Below are positions 1 to 11,035 of a stretch of 64,000 bases of DNA, one piece after another. A model generated the notes under the pieces. That model was given only the letters and a program-made list of their open reading frames with translations. It searched no databases and was not told where the DNA came from. The position numbers and the translations under genes are program-made. The number at the start of each line of letters is the position of its first letter. Within the stretch, counting starts at the first letter, position 1. The stretch is from Lama glama (taxonomy: Eukaryota): positions 18,786,001 to 18,850,000 of the forward strand of contig CM052849.1 of NCBI GenBank assembly GCA_028534125.1, in the 5' to 3' direction.

Positions 1-649
1 AGTTTAATAAAATCATTACTTTTTATAAACCCAGTAAAATCATGGAAACTATTGGAGTTAGCACAGCTTCAGCTCAACTTTATTTTTTTTTTTAGGAAGA
101 ATAAATATATCTGAACTGGAAAATAAATTTCATATTTTCAGTCTGCTAAGAGAGTTTGGGGATTTTTACTGGGTCACTTATCAAGCTGACAAAAAGCAAT
201 GTATTTTCTTATTTTTCTTAGATGATATTCCCAAAGACTGTAGCATTGGAAAGTTGTGCTTTTTTTGCTGAAATAAAAAGAAATAAGCCAGACTCCCTGA
301 CCCCCATAAGTCAATTCCACATCCCTATGGCTTTGACTGCATTTAGCAATCTTTCTTTATTGAAACTCACACATCCAGGTCAGAGCTCTGAAATGTGGAA
401 CAGAGCGATGATGGGGCGGGTCTGTGTACTTGGCTGAATGTGTGTCATGAAATAAGTCAACACGAACATATGCATGAAAAGGTGTTTGAAATTTGCACTG
501 GCAAAGAGAGGGCAGTTGTGTTAAGGTTAATTTCATGCTGAAGCAATAAGAAATGTTTTGCATTTTTTTAGAACCTCTAGGAAAACTGCATGGGGGCCCA
601 GAATATATTCCTAAACTATGTATTACAGTTTTCAGAATTTCACCATTAG

Positions 650-960
650 AAACTCAGTTTCTTTGGGAAGCCTCCAACCAACTTGTTTCCATGCCCACTA
701 GCAAATACTCAGGTAGCTGGATTTATAAAATAGGGATTCATTATTTCATACAATACAGTTCTAAAGCTGAATGGCCACATGGTTGGTTCAAAAACTTATA
801 AATATCTTCAAACGTCCAGAATTTTTCCATCTTTCTGCTCCAGTTTCTTCAGTTTGTTAGCTTGGTCCTTATGTTTGTTGCTTCATGCCCCAAAATAGCT
901 GCCAGTGCTCCTAGCATCACATCCTCATCCAATCACAGTTAAAAGCAGGACAAAGTCAGG
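650..960 (-). mobile_element. Old MaLR LTR fragment (MLT1J/K/L-like)
   Basis: Contains cttcatgccccaaaatagctgccagtgctcctagcatcacatcc, resembling the remembered MLT1J/K/L core; boundaries approximate. Confidence 0.5.
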
Positions 961-1019
961 TGTCTCTTTAATGAAAAATGCCTATTTTTCTCCCAAACCT
1001 TCTCTTCTCCTGCTCTCTA

Positions 1020-1390
1020 AACAGCATTTTCCAATTTCAGATTTTTGCCAAACATGCTCACAATTTTTCCCATAATTACAACAATATTTGTACTATTATT
1101 TCTGTGATATTTACTTTAAAAGTCTTATTTTACTTAAAGAAAAGTATTTGAGAAGAAAACTTTTAAAACAGGAAACTGCCTACATACTATAAATGGAAAA
1201 AACCATTATTCTGTGTCAAAAATAGGTAATTATGGAAATAAATAAAATAAATACAGGGCATCACGACCTTGATGCTGCTACTTGCCTTAGGCTTTGAGCC
1301 TGAGTTCCACACCCTTTATGTCAGAAAGGAAGCTTCCAGAGCATCAGAAAGGATTCAGGGATATAAATGCATCAAATGGACAGCAACCTT
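1020..1390. mobile_element. Degraded hAT-Charlie-type DNA transposon fossil
   Basis: AT-rich stretch with aaatggaaaaaacc...aataggtaattatggaaataaata...ggctttgagcctgag similar to a remembered Charlie/MER consensus; subfamily uncertain. Confidence 0.4.
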
Positions 1391-1539
1391 TGTGCAACCA
1401 GAAGAGCCTGAAGACTTCTGGACAGTTGTGACTGTCAAGTTAGTCACCGTGAGATGAAATGCAGTTCAGCTCTGCCTGTCTATACTGCAGAATCATGCCT
1501 GACCCCTTGGAGAGGAGATCCCACCTTGTGGCTGACCAG

Positions 1540-1740
1540 GTTGGGAGCCCACAGTGGCTGGCAACATTAGCCCCGCCCCCATCCCGGGGGTGACTCAAGA
1601 TTGGTCTAATCCAATCCAGGTAATCCCACTGCCCTGGCCGTGATTGGGCCAGACATGGGGCATGTGATGCTGTTACGGCCAATCAGACATTAGGAGATGT
1701 CTTCTAGGACCTTCTGGAAAATACCTTCCTCCTTGATAAT
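1540..1740 (+). mobile_element. MaLR LTR fragment (MLT1K-like)
   Basis: ggtctaatccaatccaggtaatcccactgccctggccgtgattgggccagacatggggcatgtga...ggccaatcagac matches the remembered MLT1K/L motif series. Confidence 0.6.
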
Positions 1741-2566
1741 AATTATAGTCCAAGAACGCTCCTGTGAGCCCCTGTTCTTATTGGCTGAGTCCTCTGTGCC
1801 CTGTACCTGCTCACATTTAGGGTGTATGCATGTGTCTCTTGGGTGTGACTTATGCCACGGTTATTTACAGTGTCTGACCTTGTGTGTCCTGTGCTCTGCG
1901 CCAGCATAATCCTCCTCTCATTAACCTACACAGATCCCAAGCGTCTTTTTACCTTCAAAAAGCAGGTGCAAGGAAGACTTCTATGAGTTAATATATTTGG
2001 GGAGGAGATGCTAACGAGACAAAAATATTACACAGCAAATGCAAAAATTAAAATACAGAAAAATTCTTCTGCAAAAAAGGCAAAAAGACTGGGGAGTGTG
2101 TCTGTAGCAAGTATTGGAGGTTTAATAGGTTTAATGTTGGAGTTAGAGTATGGCTGGACCTGGGAGAGGGAAGGTCTGGAGGCTGCAGCTGGACAGCCAG
2201 AGGAAAAGTCACTGGCGACTTCAGCCCGAAGCAACGGCGCTCAGTCTGATAAGCTGCTCTGAGCTTGTCCAGAAGCCGCCACATCCATCTGCCATGGCCT
2301 CACGGTGATAATGGCTTTTGCTTCCTTTTTGCCTTCCAGATCTCATTTGATTTCCTCACATTAGAAGAGATTTCTGGGAAGTAGTCCCCAGACTCGGAAG
2401 GGAGTAGTGATGGGGTTAAATTGGCAAAAAAAAAGAAAAGAAAACCAAGTACAGATCTGTATGTATCAAAGGAAGATGAAAGACAAATTTGGAAACTTCC
2501 TTCTTTCACAAAATATTGGATAATCGTCGACTAGACACTGGTCCTGGCCTATCCTGGGGGCAACCA

Positions 2567-2915
2567 TTGCTGGGGAGTGAATGTCTTATCCTCTCAGAAT
2601 TCAGATGCTGAAGTTCATGTCCCCAGATATGATGGTATTGAGAGATGGTACCTTTGGAAAGTAGCTGGGTTCAGATGAGCTCCTGGGGTTAGCGCCCTTA
2701 CAAGAGCAGGTTCCCGGGAGCTGGCGCCCTCTCCCTCCCGCTGCTGTGTGAGGACTCAGTAAGGCGTCACCAGGCAGCAGGAGAACGCTCCCCAGACCTG
2801 AGCTGGCTGCAGCCTTGAGCTTGGACCGCTCGCCTCCAGAGCTGTGAGAAGTATATTTCTGCGGCTTATGCCACCCAGCCTACGGCATGTTTTCTTTAAC
2901 GGCAGCCTGAGCTGA
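2567..2915 (+). mobile_element. MaLR solo LTR (MLT1A-like)
   Basis: Typical order: tgaatgtcttatcctctcagaattcagatgctgaagt...gatggtattgagagatggtacctttgg...gcctccagagctgtgagaagtatatttctg...gcagcctgagctgag. Confidence 0.8.
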
Positions 2916-5142
2916 GGAAGGTGACGGCGAACAAAGGAGATGTAATCCTTGTCCATGATTTTTCCTACAACTAGATGATGACTCTGTCCCATTACAGTCC
3001 TTGCACCTGGTAGAGGCTTACAGGCTCCTTTTATGTCCCTGGGGAGTAAATGATATGACCCTTTTATAGGGGCCCACTGTTCAGAAAGCCTATGTTGGAC
3101 CATTTAAATGCAAAACTGTGTGACCCCAAACTAGGTGGGGGTTTGGAATGGTTGAGATGATTGAAAAAAAAAAACTAACTAAAATAAAAGAAACAAAACA
3201 ACTTATATCCCTTTTTATTTTTCCCTTCTTATTTTTTTCCTCTAGAAATTAGATTTTTGTGGCATCTGCTTCTCCCTAAATTCTGGGAATCCTCGTCCAG
3301 ACGGTAAGAGACACACTTTAATCTTTTCTGATTAAAGGGATGGACTTTGGAGATACCACGTAATTTGAATTTTTCTCCTTGACGGATGGTTTTCCATTCC
3401 TGTTGAGGTAACTCAGGATCCAGGCTTGGATGGTTATGAGACGAGAGGAAATGCATAGTCCTTTCAGGAAGAAAGGCCGTCACCAGACGCAGGCGTTCCT
3501 TCTAGCCTTGCAGGAGAAGGGAACCAAACGCAGCTCCCAGGCAGGTCCCCGAGGTTGCTCTGACAAATTCCCATGTTCCCATGAGTGAGTCTGGCAGCAG
3601 CTACCACTGTGTTTGGGTTCAGATGACGTCCTCAGAGGAGAAAGGAGAACAGCTTGCCGTTCCTGTGCTGGAACGAAGGACGTTCATGAATTTCAGGCTC
3701 TTTAAGGTTTTTTTTTTACCTTAGTGGATCCATGACACCAATAATTGGGGAAGAAGCATATTAGAGGAGAAACACATCCCATGAGAGTTGCTGAGGATAG
3801 GAGCCTCCTGTCCTTTGTTGGATTGGTTATAAAACCTGACACAAGCCTGTACTATTTGTTTTGCCGCTGCGGTGCCGCTGGTGAGATGAAGAGCTACGTC
3901 GGGGGAGTGCTCACAGAGACCCCTCCCACCGTTTGTATAAGGCTGGGGGCACCCTGCCCCCCGGAGTCAGAAATTAATATCACCCTCACACAACAGGGCG
4001 AAAGGAAGGAAGATATGGGGTGGAGACGTTTTGGCCTCAGAACAATAACTCCATCGACTGAGTTAAATGTGTTCGACTCAGGCAGAGGGACACCCACCTG
4101 TGTGAAGTCGTCCTGGCTCCCGGCAGCAGCGCGGAGCCTGTGGAGCAGCTCAGCTGGAGGGGAGGAGGCTGGTAACCCAGCTGTCCCGAGCTCCCGCCTC
4201 TGTGTGTTTCGAATGGCCTGGAATTATCCGTGGGGACTGACAGATTGAGATTCATAGATGTCTCAAGCGCAGAGCTGTCGTGGGAGATTTCCAAATTCCC
4301 CAGGTTCATTTATAACTGAATCTAGGATTTCAGTCGCTTCCTCTGTATGGTTGGAAAGCCAGCTTAGCGGGTCCATATGTGCTCCTGGGGGTGCATTTTG
4401 AGGACATTTGCTGAGAACTATAAATGCATCCGATAGTGTTTCTCTCGGCATCTAGAACAGAGCTAAGAGGAGGCATCTGGGAATCGAACCATCTCACACC
4501 TGTCGCACAACACTCGCACAAACCCGGTGGGCCCCCGGCCTTCAGACAAGGTCCTGTAACTCTGGGTTGTATGGCTCTGGCTCTGGCTCTGGGTTGCCTC
4601 TCACCCGCAGGTTGTAGACCCGTCCTCTGCGTTCGTGGATTCTGGGCTTGTCTCCTCCAGCCCTGAGGGGACCAGCCGTTTGCTGCCGTCCTCGATCTCT
4701 AGTTTCCTGTGACCTGAGCTCCTAGGACGCCTCTGTACCTAGTTCTCATATAATATTACCTCCTTTGACCCATGGAGCACAGATTCTGCTCGGCTGAGGG
4801 GACCCCACTCAACGTTTCCACGGACGGGGATGCGAAGTTCGCTCTGAACAGCAGCAGCCGCTATGAAAACAAACGCTGAATGGCTCATCCCACTTCCCAC
4901 CCAGCGCACACTTTTTGATCCTTCACGTTATGTCAGCCCAGGGAGACAGAGATGGGTAAGACTCTGTCGCAGGCCTGCAGACGCTTGCAGCCGATGGCAG
5001 ATGCCACCGTGGACGTGATAAATGAGTAAAGTGCATCGATGTCTAACACTCAATGATACGAGCAAAGGATAAGAGGGGACAGAGGGAATGACCATTCATC
5101 TGCAAGGGGGAGGGTGAGAGGAGAAAGTTAAAAAGAAAGCTT

Positions 5143-5360
5143 TGGAGTTCGAGATTTGCAGATACTAATATATATAATAGATAAACAACAAGTTCACACT
5201 GTACAGATATATTCAATATCTTATAGTAACTTACAGTGAAAAGAATGTGAAAATGAGTATCTGTATGTTCCTATGTGACTGAAGCATTGTGCTGTGCACC
5301 GGAAACTGGTGCAACATTGTAAACAGACTACACTTCAATAAAAATTTAAAAAAAAAAAAA
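5143..5360 (+). mobile_element. 5'-truncated young L1 (3' UTR + poly-A) with 13-bp TSD
   Basis: L1 3' end ...ttgtaaacagactacacttcaataaaaa + A tail; aaaaagaaagctt at 5130-5142 and 5356-5368; tt/aaaa endonuclease site at the left end. Confidence 0.9.
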
Positions 5361-6039
5361 GAAAGCTTAATTGGGGAGGTGATATGTGAGCCTTGAGCCC
5401 ATGGTCATCAATCTGCTTCGAGGTGAAGGCTTCTGGGCTCCAGGAGACGGGGCTTGAGTTTTGGATTCACTGCCGATGACCTGTGTGCACCTGAGACGCT
5501 GCTTACATTTTTTTCTCTTCTGATGTTCAGCATTGCTATAGTGTGAGCCAATATTCACAAATAAAAATTCAAAGCACTACCAGGGCTCCAGAAAACTGTC
5601 TCCTGTCCCCTTCCAGTCCCTAGTTTCCCCCAAGAGTACCCACCCTTATAACACTCTAAACTCAATAGAGCAAAATGAGCCTCTGGCTTGGACAGGCACC
5701 TCCCCAGAGAGGCCAGGGGGCCAAGAGGCTCCGGAAAGGGCCTCGGCCTTCCCCGGGGAAACGCGGCGCCGTTCCGCTGCGCAGCCAGCAGGATGGCTCA
5801 AGTGAAGGCGCAGTTTGCGAAGTGTGGGCAAGAACGTGGGGTGGCCAGAGCTCTGATGTTCTGCTGAAGGAGAGTCAATTGGTACCAGTCCTTTGATAAA
5901 TTCTTTGGAAACACCTATCAGGGCCGTACAGGCATGACAGCCGCGTGGCTCCCGACTTTCTCTCCACCAAGGATGGCTTTGGTACTTTCCCTCCATCTTA
6001 CGTGGGACTTAGGAGGTCCTGATGATAATGGTGCTCTCA

Positions 6040-6280
6040 AGAGGAGTAGCACTCTTTCGTGAGCACCTACCCTGTGCCCAGAACTCTGCGTAGGGCTTCA
6101 CATTTATTAACTCATTGAAACCTCACAACCCTGGAAGCGGGTCCTGTCATTATCATCTGTGTGCTGATGAGGAGGAAGAGGAAGGAAGGGAATTCCCACG
6201 TCACCGGGCCAGCAGGCAGCAGAGGCGGCCTCTAAGGTCCTGTTTATGGGGCTGCAGACTCACAGCCTTACCCACTCTCC
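6040..6280 (-). mobile_element. MIR SINE
   Basis: tgagcacctaccctgtgccc...aactcattgaaacctcacaaccct...gatgaggag MIR core in reverse orientation. Confidence 0.7.
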
Positions 6281-6317
6281 TCTGTATTACAGGGAAGATG
6301 GAGGGACACTGCATCGG

Positions 6318-7130
6318 AGCTTGGACGCTGGGGTCAGACTGGCTGGGTCAGTGCCTGACTTTTAGCTTCTTGCCCCGTGTGATCCAGGTAAGTTTTTTTT
6401 AAATTAATTTTTAATAGTCGATTTACAATTTTGTGTTAGTTTCTTGTGAACAGCAAATGATCTAGTCTCTTTTCCAGATTCTTTTCCATTATAGGTCACT
6501 GCAAGATAGTGAATAGAGCTCCCTGTGCTCTGCAGCAGGACCTTGTTGTTTCTCTGTTTTATATACAGTAGTGTGTATCTGCTAATCCCAGACTCCTCAT
6601 TTATGCCTCCCCACTCCTTTCCCCTTTGGTAACCATAAGCTTGTTTTCTATGTCTGTGCATCTGTTTCTCTTTGTGGTTTTTTTTTTCTGTAGGTGTATA
6701 TTTTTATTGAAGTATAGTCAGTTTACAATGTTGTCAATTTCTGGTTCACAGTATAATGATACTTCTGTTTTGTAAATAAGCTCATTTGTATCATTTTTTT
6801 TAGTTTCCACATATAAGTAACTTACTTCGGTTAATATGATCATCTCTAGGTCCATTCCATCCACATTGCTGTAANNNNNNNNNNNNNNNNNNNNNNNNNN
6901 NNNNNNNNNNNNNNNNNNNNNNNNNNNNNNNNNNNNNNNNNNNNNNNNNNNNNNNNNNNNNNNNNNNNNNNNNNNNNNNNNNNNNNNNNNNNNNNNNNNN
7001 NNNNNNATAAACAGTGCGGGCAAGCTTTTTAACTCTTATTCCTCAGTTACCTTACCTGTAAAACGAGGAACCAAGTGAGGTCATCTGGGCGCACAGTACT
7101 GGTGCCCAGTGAGGGCTTTGTAACTGTCGT
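6318..7130 (+). mobile_element. MIR SINE split by an L1 insertion (halves ~6318-6392 and ~7017-7130)
   Basis: 5' half ctggggtcagactggctgggt...tgtgatccaggtaagtt resumes after the L1 and gap as gggcaagctttttaactc...cctcagttaccttacctgtaaaacgagg. Confidence 0.6.
6393..6874 (-). mobile_element. L1 3' end (cetartiodactyl type) with a nested second L1 3' tip (~6676-6760)
   Basis: T tail + tagtcgatttacaa...ccctttggtaaccataagcttgttttctatgtctgtg...atcatctctaggtccat; interrupted by ttttattgaagtatagtcagtttacaatgttgtc; runs into the N gap. Confidence 0.9.
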
Positions 7131-7189
7131 TCATCCTCACTGTCATTCTGTTACTCTGCCGTTCCGTCGCTACACTGAGTTGTTCCAAT

Positions 7190-7450
7190 GGGATCACTTT
7201 CTCAGTGAGGAATTTCCAGCCACTCTCCTAAAATGGTACCCCGCCCACCAATCCCACTCTCTCCACCTCCTCCCAGCCGCACTCCTAGTGGCCTCCGAGG
7301 CACTGAACCTTTCACTAAGACACCTGCTTAGTGTCTGCCTTCCCCACTGGAACATAAGTCCCCTGAGAGAGGGGCTTTTCATCTGCCTTTTTTCCATGTT
7401 TTACACCCAGACCCCAGGCAGTACTGGACACACAGCAGCTGCTCTGTGAC
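7190..7450 (+). mobile_element. L2 LINE 3' fragment
   Basis: tcactttctcagtgagg...tgtctgccttccccactggaacataagtcccctgagag...actggacacacagcagctgctc. Confidence 0.7.
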
Positions 7451-8159
7451 GCGCTATCGTCTTCTTAATTAAGATCATTGTCAAGTTCAAGCCAAACAGT
7501 CTTGCAGCGCTAAGAGGGGAGGTGGGTTTTGACGGAGCCTCGCTCCTCCTGAGAAGCCCATCCTCACTCCTAGACAAAGCCCCCTGCTCAGCCGTTGCAC
7601 GTCCTTTGTTACATCCAGCCACCTGCACAATGACCACTTTATTACCCCCGATTCATCGTGTTGTCTGCATTTTGAGGCAGCTGGTCATAAGTTTCACCCA
7701 CATGCTCACCCACTGCAGGGTCTGTCTGCGTCCGGTAACTCCAGGGGGAGGGCCAGTGCAACCGGCAGCTTGTGAAATGCGTGCCTGGGGTGACGTTCCT
7801 CCAGTTTCCGGACGGCCGCTTGGTGACCCGAGTATCCTGGGGGGAGAACCTGTGTGTCCGCTGAAGACTCGAGGGCGGAGGCTCCCCGGACGTGGCGAGC
7901 ATGACTGCCCTGTCATGGCTGACACATCACACGTGCCTGACGGCCAGCTGCGGAGTGGGGACGTCTGCCCGGCAGTCACCTGATGGTGGTGGGGTCGGGG
8001 GAGGCATGGGACTCCTAACAGAGTGGGAACCCATCATCCCACCGGGACCACCTGTGGGCGTCCCAGTGTACCTGCTCCTACTCCACACTTCATCCTCCTG
8101 CAGATCGGCTCTCAAACCCTGTCCCTGGAGCTGAATGCAACCTTTCTGCTCCATTTTCA

Positions 8160-8285
8160 GAGAGTCTCAGTTTCCTCACTTGTAAAGTAGGGGTAATGAG
8201 AGCTTCTGTTATTATCAGCATCGCAGTTAAATGTCCCGATTCCTCGTGCTTAGATCAGGGCTTGGCTCACGGCTAAGTGTCTTCA
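8160..8285 (+). mobile_element. MIR fragment
   Basis: tctcagtttcctcacttgtaaagtaggggtaatga MIR core, followed by gtgcttag...cttggctcacggctaagtg. Confidence 0.7.
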
Positions 8286-8854
8286 GTCTAGGCTGTGAGT
8301 TACTTCTGGCCTCCCCCTCTGTGGGCCTTTTTCCTCCACCTGCTCTGGTTTCTGTCCTTGCGGTGGCTTTGAGGTCTCACGCAGGATCTCAGACCCCCGT
8401 CCACCTGATTTTGGACCTCAGCTCCCTACAGCGGGCCCACCTGGGGATTCCCAAGGGGAAGAAATCTGCATGTCCAGCCTGAGGTCCCACTTGAGACAGA
8501 AGTGAGATTCATCCGAGTAGTCAGCTGTGTCCGTTTTGGATAAAAAGCCGGCCCAGCAGTTGCAACACCGCCCGTCTGCAGTAACGCAGCCTCCTCAGCA
8601 CCAGGAAGCTCGGGCAGACAGGCTGGCTTTGCGTGTGGAATGGACGGTCACTCGTGGCTCCAGAGACCGGGTGTGGAGCTGGCCTTGGCACACCCGTAGC
8701 GCCCTTGGTGACTGAATTCCCAGTCCCGTGCGTCGCCGTGGAGCCCCGGCTAGCGGCCTGACTGCCCACCAGCGTGCGCGCTCTCCCTGGCACAGGGCTG
8801 GTGAAGACCGCAGCCCTGCGAATATCTGTCCAATGAATGAAGGGATCTGGGAAC

Positions 8855-9075
8855 AATCAAGAAAGCAAAGTGCGGGTTTAGTAAGAGATGGGACGCCTTC
8901 AAGGGGAGAGCGGGCAGACTCAGGCGCGCAGCTGCCCTGAGTTTCGTTGGCAAGTTGGTTACATAGGGTGTGAAAATGAATGGGCGGAATATTCGCTGGG
9001 GAGGGAGGAGTGCGGGGTCGCATTCCCTGATTTCCATCCCGGCTCCACCTTCCTGAGAGGAGGAGGGTTTTTGTC
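8855..9075 (-). mobile_element. ERV1-type LTR fragment (same family as 61297-61540)
   Basis: Reverse complement (ggagccgggatggaaatcagggaatgcgacccc...ctatgtaaccaacttgcc...cctgagtctgcccgc) aligns directly with 61297-61480. Confidence 0.8.
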
Positions 9076-10394
9076 CTTATGTAGTCTGGATCAGAAGTGT
9101 CCTGGCGTCGGTGCACGATGGGTGCTTCTAATCTGCAAGGCTGGTTTTACTGTGATGAGGGCACAGTGAGCAACAGGCTACATTCAGATGCTGGAGCTGC
9201 CTGCCTCTCCCCGTCTTTCTTTGTCGGCCCCCAGGACACTTGTCACCCCAAAATGTGTGGTTTCTTATCAATCCAGAGGTTCCTGCTTTTCATTTTCTGC
9301 CCAAGGACCCCTGTTGTTCACAGATGTGTGTTTCCTGCCACTTGGCTGGTGCCCCCTTTCTCTGCTCATGTCTAGCTGCCTGCCTGCGCTGACAAGGCCA
9401 ATTCTGTCCAGGGCGGGACTCGTCTAGGGGGCAGCCTCTGCTCCGGGCCTCCCCACTGTGTTGGCTCAACTTGAGCAGATCCGTTTCTCGAATCCTCTGT
9501 GCACGATCATGCTTTCCCCTCTTTCGTCTTCCACAAGCATCACCCCGCAAACTGTGTGTGCTCCCAACTCTGTCAGCATCTGTATTCCAGAGATTCAAAT
9601 GAATAGGATGGTCTTGCCCATTGATATGTCAGGGACTCCAGACTATTCAAGAAGTTTTGAAAAATTGAAACGTATGACCACAGATAAAAATTGGAAACTA
9701 AAAAAACTGCGGCTTCCTGGGAGCCAGCAGTGTGCTCGGCCATGTGCTCTGGCCACATGCCCACCGCTGCCTGCAGCCCCCAGAGTGCAGCCCCCATGCC
9801 CTGCTGGCTCTGGTGATGCATGAAATAAAGCTGGGAACAGGTCGGAGTTTTGCTTAATTTGCGCCTTCAGTGACGAGGAGATGCACAGGATCTGGAGAAG
9901 ACGCCCACAGCGAGCGCTGGGTCCAGCCTGGCTTCTAAGACCAGCTTCATGATTCTTGACTTCAAGATGGGGGCCTCCCTGGGCTGGGGAACCCGGATAC
10001 CTTTGCCACAGACCTCATCCAGAGAGCGCCCCAGAGTGTGGTCGGAGCACCCCAGGGACACTCCTGGAGAACCTGGTTAAGACTCCCAGCGGAAACCTCT
10101 TCGCTTTGGACACCGATCCGTATCGTAAGCGAAGAAGGCTGGCAGTTAGATTCCAAATACCCCATCCCACTTCTGAACACTGTTCCCAAACCAGGCGGCA
10201 CAAAATGGCAAAAAGTCTACGCGCTCCTCTTGCACATGGTGGCTCCTCCGTCGACCGCGTCGCTCGTCCGGGACGAGGGCGGCCTCTCCACGGTGACTCC
10301 TGTCGGGAAAAGGGACTGATGATTTCAAAACCAGAGCCAGAGGAAGCGAGTTCCCCATCGGGGAATTTCATGATGATGAAAAAGAAATTTGAAA

Positions 10395-10678
10395 AGAGAG
10401 GGAGGAGGGAGGTGGGAATCAGAGAAGACGTGTTGAGGGAAGCAGAGGTCCCAAGACCCGACAGGACGAGGACCAGGGGATGCTGGGCTCTCGCAGCTGG
10501 AAAAGGCACAGAAAGGGGGTCTCCAGCAGAGCCTGCACGAGGAACCTGCCCCTGCCGGTGCGTGACTTTAGGACTTGGAATCTCCAGAAATACGAGATAA
10601 TAGATTGTGTGGGTTTTTTTTTTTTTAAGCTGCTGAGTGTATGGTGGGTCCTTACAGCAGCAAGAGGAAACAAACACA
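10395..10678 (+). mobile_element. MaLR LTR 3' part (MLT1C/D-like)
   Basis: gctggaaaaggcacagaa...cagagcctgca...ctccagaaatacgagataatagattg...acagcagcaagaggaaacaaacaca terminus. Confidence 0.8.
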
Positions 10679-10884
10679 GTGCCCAAGTCGCTCGCTCCCT
10701 GATGCTACAGAGCGGAACTCAGCGTTAACAGAGCTCACTGGCAGGACCAGAAGTGAAACCGGGAACGGCACGTTTGTGTCACAAGATGATGACAACATTA
10801 AAGCTGGTCTTCAGCCGGTGAAGGGAGGCACAGCCAGACTGCTTTTGCTTTTGCGGCCCATTGAGTCCCGACAGCAGATGTGAC

Positions 10885-11035
10885 ACAGGCATTCTCATCA
10901 TCCCCACCTCACAGATGGACAAATGGAGGCCCAGAGACGCCAAGCACGTGACTCAGAGTCACACAGCCGGAGGGCAGGGAGGCCGAGCTGACTCGGGCTG
11001 TGAGGCTCCAGACCCCATGGCCTTAACCACTGCTC
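10885..11035 (-). mobile_element. MIR SINE
   Basis: atccccacctcacagatggacaaatggaggcccagaga...gtcacacagc...ctccagaccccatggccttaaccactgc. Confidence 0.8.

Noticed and set aside
9956-10686. Overlapping 214-aa and 223-aa ORFs on opposite strands
   Set aside because: They run through an MLT1 LTR and a poly-T run; no protein family recognised.
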